From Thermoproteota archaeon (lineage in GTDB: Archaea; Korarchaeota; Korarchaeia; Korarchaeales; Korarchaeaceae), in NCBI GenBank assembly GCA_037917625.1, contig JAVCBY010000046.1:1-11623 (forward strand): a stretch of 11,623 nt of DNA, written 5' to 3'. The notes below the pieces were generated by a model. That model had not been told where the DNA came from and did no database searches. It saw nothing but the letters and a program-made list of their open reading frames with translations. Below are positions 6,626 through 11,623 of the stretch, piece after piece. The translations under genes were made by a program, and so were the position numbers. The first letter of the stretch is position 1. The number at the start of each line of letters is the position of its first letter.

Positions 6626-7265
6626 CCCCCGAGCATACTCGCTAGATCTACTTCTCTCACCTTCCCCTCGAAAAGATCCTTTAAATCAGCTACCTTTATG
6701 CTGGTCAGCTTTATCTTAACCCTCCCATATCCCCTGCTCCTCCATCCCCCTATGAACTCCTCCAAGCCATTGTGTAGCATTTTCAGTAGTAATATGAATA
6801 AATTGTTCGCATCCGAGAACCGGGGGTCGCTGAGCTCATTGAATATTATAGTGAACTTGAATTTAGTTGGGTTATCCTCATACTCCTTTATCGCTTCCAC
6901 TTTCACAAGAGCTCCCCTCTCAGCGGCGTCCCTCTCCCTATTGATTGAGACATGTGTCCTGGAGAGTGTGTCTACCGTATAAACTGGTGAGGCTTCCGTG
7001 AACTTTATCAGGGAGGAGAGTGATAAATTCCTCCCAGAGTATCCAAAAAGTTTATCAATTATGCAAAGATCCTCTAAACTCTTCGCATCCCTCTTCTCTG
7101 AGATACTATCTACGCAAGGCTCTAATCCGACCCTTATCTTATCTACCTCGATGGAGGAGCTCCCGGAGATCTTATAGGCGAGGAGGAGGCGGGATAGATA
7201 GGATCTGAAGAACCCCTTGAGAGTTGATCCCGGTATCACAGGTCTCCCCCTAGAATCCCTGAGGA
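6413..7265. repeat. 65-bp direct repeat shared by the two csm3 paralogs (6413-6477 and 7201-7265)
   Basis: ggatctgaagaaccccttgagagttgatcc[a/c]ggtatcacaggtctccccctagaatccctgagga; 64/65 identical. Confidence 0.95.
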
Positions 7266-7389
7266 CCGGAAGATCTATCGGGGAGGTCGGATCCCTTCCG
7301 GCGCCGACTCTCAGGGGCTCAAGTAACTCTATTTCACAATCCGCCCATATCCTCCTCCTCAAGGTCAGAAGTCCTCCAACCCCGCTCAT
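6622..7389 (-). CDS. csm3: Cas7-group RAMP, Csm3/Csx7-like backbone RNase
   Basis: 'EPLRVGAG..PIDLPVLRD' (catalytic Asp position), 'IPGSTLKGFFRS', 'C...CIIDKLFG', 'RTHVSINR', 'IGGWRSRGYG'. Confidence 0.9.
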   Translation of the reverse strand: MSGVGGLLTLRRRIWADCEIELLEPLRVGAGRDPTSPIDLPVLRDSRGRPVIPGSTLKGFFRSYLSRLLLAYKISGSSSIEVDKIRVGLEPCVDSISEKRDAKSLEDLCIIDKLFGYSGRNLSLSSLIKFTEASPVYTVDTLSRTHVSINRERDAAERGALVKVEAIKEYEDNPTKFKFTIIFNELSDPRFSDANNLFILLLKMLHNGLEEFIGGWRSRGYGRVKIKLTSIKVADLKDLFEGKVREVDLASMLGG

Positions 7390-7393
7390 AAGA

Positions 7394-7792
7394 TCACCTC
7401 AAAAGATCACTAAGTTCCTTCCTGTAGGCAGTGAAGATGTAGATACATGCTGTCAAGGTATATTTCGCCAGTTTCAGCCTCTCTTTGGTGTCTTTAGAGC
7501 TCTCAATGATCTCTCTTATGAGATTTCTGACGAATTTATATAGATCATCTCCTTTAGATGCTCTTCTAGCTATGAAAATTATTCTGAGCCCGAAGAGATC
7601 CCAATTGTTCTTTTTCTCGCAATCGATCGCTGCATCCAACATATTCCTAAGATTCGTCATTGTGATACTTGATTCCTCTCTCCCTTCTTCCTCCTCCTCT
7701 GTGGGTATACGGACGCCTATAAAGAGCTTCTTCGCTATCTCAACAGCCTTCCTCTGGAGGTTTACCTCCTCTAGGGAACTCGAACTCATCAA
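7394..7792 (-). CDS. cas11: Cas11 small subunit (Csm2-like)
   Basis: ~131 aa helical, 'ITMTNLRNMLD' and 'FGLRIIFIARR'; located between cas5 and cas7; GGAGGTGA RBS. Confidence 0.75.
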   Translation of the reverse strand: MMSSSSLEEVNLQRKAVEIAKKLFIGVRIPTEEEEEGREESSITMTNLRNMLDAAIDCEKKNNWDLFGLRIIFIARRASKGDDLYKFVRNLIREIIESSKDTKERLKLAKYTLTACIYIFTAYRKELSDLLR

Positions 7793-8805
7793 ATATCACC
7801 TCCCGAGCTAAAATGAAGGGGATTATCAAAAAAGATCATATCAAGACCGTGAAACCTCCTCAAAACATCGGAGGGGGGAGTAAGCTCTATTTGAATGATC
7901 TTCTCCGGGTCAAGATCTCCTCTGGGATAGACGAGGACGCTTCCAGGCCCGATCATCCCTCTATAGATATAGAACTTGCCATCTAGCCATGCCTTGAAAT
8001 TTGAAATCCTCAACTTCTCATATATGGGACTTCCAAGCCCTAGGACTCTATCCCTTGAGGAAAATGTCACTACATCAACTGTTAGGAACTTATGATCGGG
8101 TCTCAATCTCCTCATCCTCTCATTCCTATACCCATCAAAGTCCATTGAACTCTCCAATTTGATCTCAGCGAGCCCGAATCCCTTCTTCTTGAAAGCCCCT
8201 ATCCTCACTTCAGTCCCCCCTTTAAGCTCCTCATATAGGGAGTCATCTAGGAAAGCGAGGGAGTGAAACTTTGATCCAGGCCTTATGACTTCCTGCGTGA
8301 AAAGCAGTCCATATCTCTCTCCATCTACCTCTATATAGAAATGAGTCCTACTATCGTAGCTCAATGCGACTTGTGTGAATACTTCCTTCCTCGGAGGTCT
8401 GAAGATCCCTGAGGGGCTTATGAAAACCTCCCCCACCTTTTTGTCCAGCTTCCCCATCTTATCGAGTATATGAGGCCCCTCCTCCATCGCACTAGCAAAA
8501 AGAAGGGCAACAGAGAGGTAATTGCCATCTTCCCTCTTCGCCAATGTGGAGAGCGGTAGAGGAGGTGGTCCGCAAAGCTCAAATGGCTTATCGCTGGGAA
8601 AAGCATGACTCATCCAAAGGTTCAGATCCCCTATGCTACCTCTCGAGCCCCTCTTACCGAAGAAAACTGATGCTATAGCCCCTGAGAGTGTTGATGACGG
8701 TATGTATGATGGGCTAAAATAATGAGCTCCCTTGCTGTATTTATCCCTTATCGCGAGGGGCTCCATGGCCTCTATGCTTAAAAGAGCGACTCTATCGAAT
8801 CCCAT
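7789..8805 (-). CDS. cas5: Cas5-group RAMP (Csm4 / Csx10 C-terminal half-like)
   Basis: 'EAMEPLAI', 'YIPSSTLSGAIA', 'SHAFP', 'LLFTQEVIRPG', internal G-loop 'RIGAFKKKGFG', later 'GPGSV'. Confidence 0.8.
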   Translation of the reverse strand: MGFDRVALLSIEAMEPLAIRDKYSKGAHYFSPSYIPSSTLSGAIASVFFGKRGSRGSIGDLNLWMSHAFPSDKPFELCGPPPLPLSTLAKREDGNYLSVALLFASAMEEGPHILDKMGKLDKKVGEVFISPSGIFRPPRKEVFTQVALSYDSRTHFYIEVDGERYGLLFTQEVIRPGSKFHSLAFLDDSLYEELKGGTEVRIGAFKKKGFGLAEIKLESSMDFDGYRNERMRRLRPDHKFLTVDVVTFSSRDRVLGLGSPIYEKLRISNFKAWLDGKFYIYRGMIGPGSVLVYPRGDLDPEKIIQIELTPPSDVLRRFHGLDMIFFDNPLHFSSGGDI

Positions 8806-9388
8806 CGAATCTCACCTCCTCAACATTCCCGTAGCCTAAACAGGTCCATCCTCCTATTCCCCAGCCTTTGAGGGCATTTAGAGATTTTTTCAGAAGTTCT
8901 ATCTCCTTCTCGTTTAGATCTTCACTCGATTCTATCAGAAAAGTTACTTTGAGCTCCGATGATATCACTTGGGAGAAGAGAAGAGCTCCCTTCTCCACTA
9001 CCCCGAGTTCCCTATCAATTTTAATCCTTGGTCTTGACTCGATGATATCATCCAAGTTTAAATCGCAACTCTCGATCTCAAAGCTGAGCTTCCCCTCCTT
9101 AGAGATAGGAGAAGCTATCTCTCTATCTCTCTCGAAGCACCTACCAGCCACGTCCGTGCCGAAGAGATCCTCATATGCTTGCCTGAGTTCAGGGTAGTTC
9201 TGCACCACTATGCACGCTACTTGTCTGAGCGCTCCTTTGAACTGAGCTGGAGATATAGGGCATGTCACTATTTTGTCCCCAATTTTCTTCTCGTAGATCA
9301 TTATCTCATAATCCTCCTTCCTTATCTCACTCGAGGGTTGAACTGACCTCATACCCCTCAGCTTGATCTCCAGCCTCAATCCCCTCAT
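8792..9388 (-). CDS. cas7: short Cas7-group RAMP (Csx10 N-terminal half-like)
   Basis: 'ISPAQFKGALR', 'EDLFG', 'RPRIKIDRELGVVEKGALLF', G-loop 'GIGGWTCLGYG'; ATGA overlap with the cas10 stop. Confidence 0.82.
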   Translation of the reverse strand: MRGLRLEIKLRGMRSVQPSSEIRKEDYEIMIYEKKIGDKIVTCPISPAQFKGALRQVACIVVQNYPELRQAYEDLFGTDVAGRCFERDREIASPISKEGKLSFEIESCDLNLDDIIESRPRIKIDRELGVVEKGALLFSQVISSELKVTFLIESSEDLNEKEIELLKKSLNALKGWGIGGWTCLGYGNVEEVRFDGIR

Positions 9389-11448
9389 ATCACAACCCCT
9401 ACCTCACAGAGTTTCCTCCTGAGATCCACACCACCGATCTCATTCCTCATCCTGTCCTCTAAGATATCCAGGAGGGAGGCAAGTGCATAAACTGACCTCC
9501 AGAGTTCATCGGATCCTCCTATAGTTAGCTCTTTGAATATTTCCCTGAGGTTCTCGTATATCTCCTCGTTCTCCTCCATACCCCTAGCTATATCGCTCAA
9601 CCACCTGAGCACAGTGAGATCGGGATGCAACTTTCCGGGGGAGAGTAGATCATCAAGAACTTCTCTGAGATCAGAGGATCTGACCGCATTATCCCCTCCT
9701 ATAGCGATCTTGAACGCTTTGAGGACCGGGGATTCTCCCCTCCCCTTCCATATCAAGGAATTCCATAGAGATGCTTTCACTTTAGTTTTATCGAAATAGA
9801 ATCTTTCAATCGATTTCCAAGATGCGCTCGACTTTGAATAGAGGAGGGAGGCCTGAACTGTGAATCCATTCCCTCCGATAGACTTCACTACATCCTTCGT
9901 ATACCTGAGCATGCGATGGGAGGTCTCATATAAGTATACGCCAGGTATCTTCGTCCTTCCCACGCTTATTCCCATGCTGATTCCCACTTTCCTATCCTTT
10001 GGGATTATCTCAAGCCCAATAGCGTTTGAAAGTATTCCCTCAACATGAGCGAGACCTTCTATGAATCCGATTATGTGTTCAGCCCTAAGAATGAGCACCA
10101 TATCATCCCCAGCCACGTAGAAGGGAGTTATCGGGAAGAAGAAGTCGTACTTCCTCGGTTCAGTTGTCCCTCTCATTTCTAACAATTTTTCCTCGATCTT
10201 CAAGGAGTTCTTTGCCCCCTCAATTAACCCCTCTTCCATCAGCGCGCTGAAGAGAATGGATAGGGAGAGGAAGTCCTTTATGCTCTTAGACTCGCCCTTA
10301 AGACTACCGAAGCCATCCCCATCCGCACTTACCATAGCGATTAGTGCATTTGAGGACTCAGAATAATCATAATCCTCCAGATCGGATATGAACCCGATTT
10401 TAAGTCCATGGAAGTACTTCCTCAATCTATCGAGTATAGTGAAGGATGAGGCTTCCCTAACGGCTTCCGATACTCTCTCATTCCACCCTTCAGTGTTTCC
10501 ATTCAGGATATTCATGAGGATATGCCCGTATATAGAGAGGACGAGGCAGCTCTGGCATATCTTACCTCCACCCCTCTCCACTAAGCTTTTCCTCAGTTCT
10601 TCCGCCTTCCCGTCTTTAGCGAAGGACCTCAGCAATTTATCGATGGACCGCTCATCTAAGCACCGATCGGTCCTGCAACTCCTACAGATATCACTTGGAT
10701 CCAGTTCCACTGAATCCTCTAAATGTTCTATAACTTTAGCGGAGGCTAGAGCTAGTCTATATGACGATCCAAAGTTATTTATCAGATCTCTAGCTCTAAG
10801 CTTCGGGGGGCTTCTACCGTTCCCCTTAAGAACAATGACATCCGCGAGAGGTATTCCCTTTAAGTGCTCAATTATCCCCTCCTCTAACTCCCTTGAGAAA
10901 TCCGAAGAGGAGATAAATACGAGCTCTCCAGCTTCCTTTGTCAATATGAATTCCTCTCCCAGCCTCTCAGCCACATATTTTGATGCATACCTCGGGATTA
11001 TATCAATTAGAAGACTAGCACCTCTCATCTCCTTGAAAGCACCATTCCTCCTTATTAGCTCCTTGATGGAACCTACCTCTAAAAGCTGTATCGTGACTTC
11101 CCAGTTACCCTCCTCTATGGAATCTAAGAAACTCTTGGCCTCTTTGTAGTAATCTGTATCCCCTATCTTCTCAGCTAATTTGCTGAATCCCTCTTTCTCA
11201 GCGACAGCCTTTAATGAGGAGAGCCTTGCCTCCCTCCAATGATCGCTCCCTGGATCTTTTGAGAGAGATAACGTTAGAAGAGGAGGATAAGTGCGTATCC
11301 TTAAGAGGCTATGGAATAACTCCTTTTCTATCCCCTCTATTAAGAATTTCTTGAGCTTTTTGTTTACTTCCTCGAAGAAGTTTAAGCCCGAATTATAAAT
11401 GGCTATGAGCTCCTCCTCCACTTGCTTCCTTGCATCTCTAATCATCAA
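9385..11448 (-). CDS. cas10: Cas10 large subunit of a type III system, lacking HD nuclease domain
   Basis: Palm1 'VGSIKELIRR..KEMRGASLLID', Zn finger CRSC...CQSC, Palm2 'VSADGDGFG' and 'FYVAGDDMVL', 'ISMGI'; start TTG 11448 or ATG 11445. Confidence 0.93.
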   Translation of the reverse strand: MMIRDARKQVEEELIAIYNSGLNFFEEVNKKLKKFLIEGIEKELFHSLLRIRTYPPLLTLSLSKDPGSDHWREARLSSLKAVAEKEGFSKLAEKIGDTDYYKEAKSFLDSIEEGNWEVTIQLLEVGSIKELIRRNGAFKEMRGASLLIDIIPRYASKYVAERLGEEFILTKEAGELVFISSSDFSRELEEGIIEHLKGIPLADVIVLKGNGRSPPKLRARDLINNFGSSYRLALASAKVIEHLEDSVELDPSDICRSCRTDRCLDERSIDKLLRSFAKDGKAEELRKSLVERGGGKICQSCLVLSIYGHILMNILNGNTEGWNERVSEAVREASSFTILDRLRKYFHGLKIGFISDLEDYDYSESSNALIAMVSADGDGFGSLKGESKSIKDFLSLSILFSALMEEGLIEGAKNSLKIEEKLLEMRGTTEPRKYDFFFPITPFYVAGDDMVLILRAEHIIGFIEGLAHVEGILSNAIGLEIIPKDRKVGISMGISVGRTKIPGVYLYETSHRMLRYTKDVVKSIGGNGFTVQASLLYSKSSASWKSIERFYFDKTKVKASLWNSLIWKGRGESPVLKAFKIAIGGDNAVRSSDLREVLDDLLSPGKLHPDLTVLRWLSDIARGMEENEEIYENLREIFKELTIGGSDELWRSVYALASLLDILEDRMRNEIGGVDLRRKLCEVGVVI

Positions 11449-11467
11449 CCATTACCGATACTAACTT

Positions 11468-11513
11468 TTATTTAAGTGTGACTTGCGCAGCCTAAGTTAA
11501 AAATGTTAACTTA
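11468..11513 (-). promoter_or_regulatory. cas operon promoter: TATA box plus upstream palindromic operator
   Basis: TTAAATAA (minus, 11475-11468) about 25 nt before the cas10 start; perfect 8-bp inverted repeat TAAGTTAA-N5-TTAACTTA at 11493-11513. Confidence 0.6.
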
Positions 11514-11623
11514 CAATCCCCTCTGATCGGGATGCAATCAAGTACTCGCAAATATAAGGCTTCCGATTCCTCTTCAAATTTCCTTAGTTTTTAAGATCTC
11601 TTATCGGCTCCTATACATCATGC

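Noticed and set aside
10388-11149. 253-aa plus-strand ORF, and the other plus-strand ORFs between 3888 and 10048
   Set aside because: Antisense shadows of well-supported minus-strand genes, with Ser/Leu/Pro-rich composition.

Overview
Archaeal (thermophile-like; lineage not determinable from sequence alone) CRISPR-Cas locus. The minus strand carries a translationally coupled type III (III-D-like) effector operon at 4634-11448: cas10 (no HD domain, AGDD instead of GGDD), a short cas7, cas5 (split Csx10-like pair), cas11, three cas7 RAMPs and a small helical protein. An AT-rich unknown gene follows directly (2768-4632, probably one ~621-aa gene split by a frameshift), then a leader and a CRISPR mini-array (repeat GTCTCAATGAAAAGAGGATTGAAAG). 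A third, near-perfect repeat lies 757 bp further on, so a complete promoter-vapBC toxin-antitoxin unit sits between two repeats like a giant antisense spacer; its vapC is frameshifted at the 5' end. Further left are a clan AA aspartyl protease gene (possibly bounded by a degenerate fourth repeat), a probable decayed region and the 3' end of a winged-helix (possibly CARF-wHTH) gene. No cas1, cas2 or cas6 is visible in the window.
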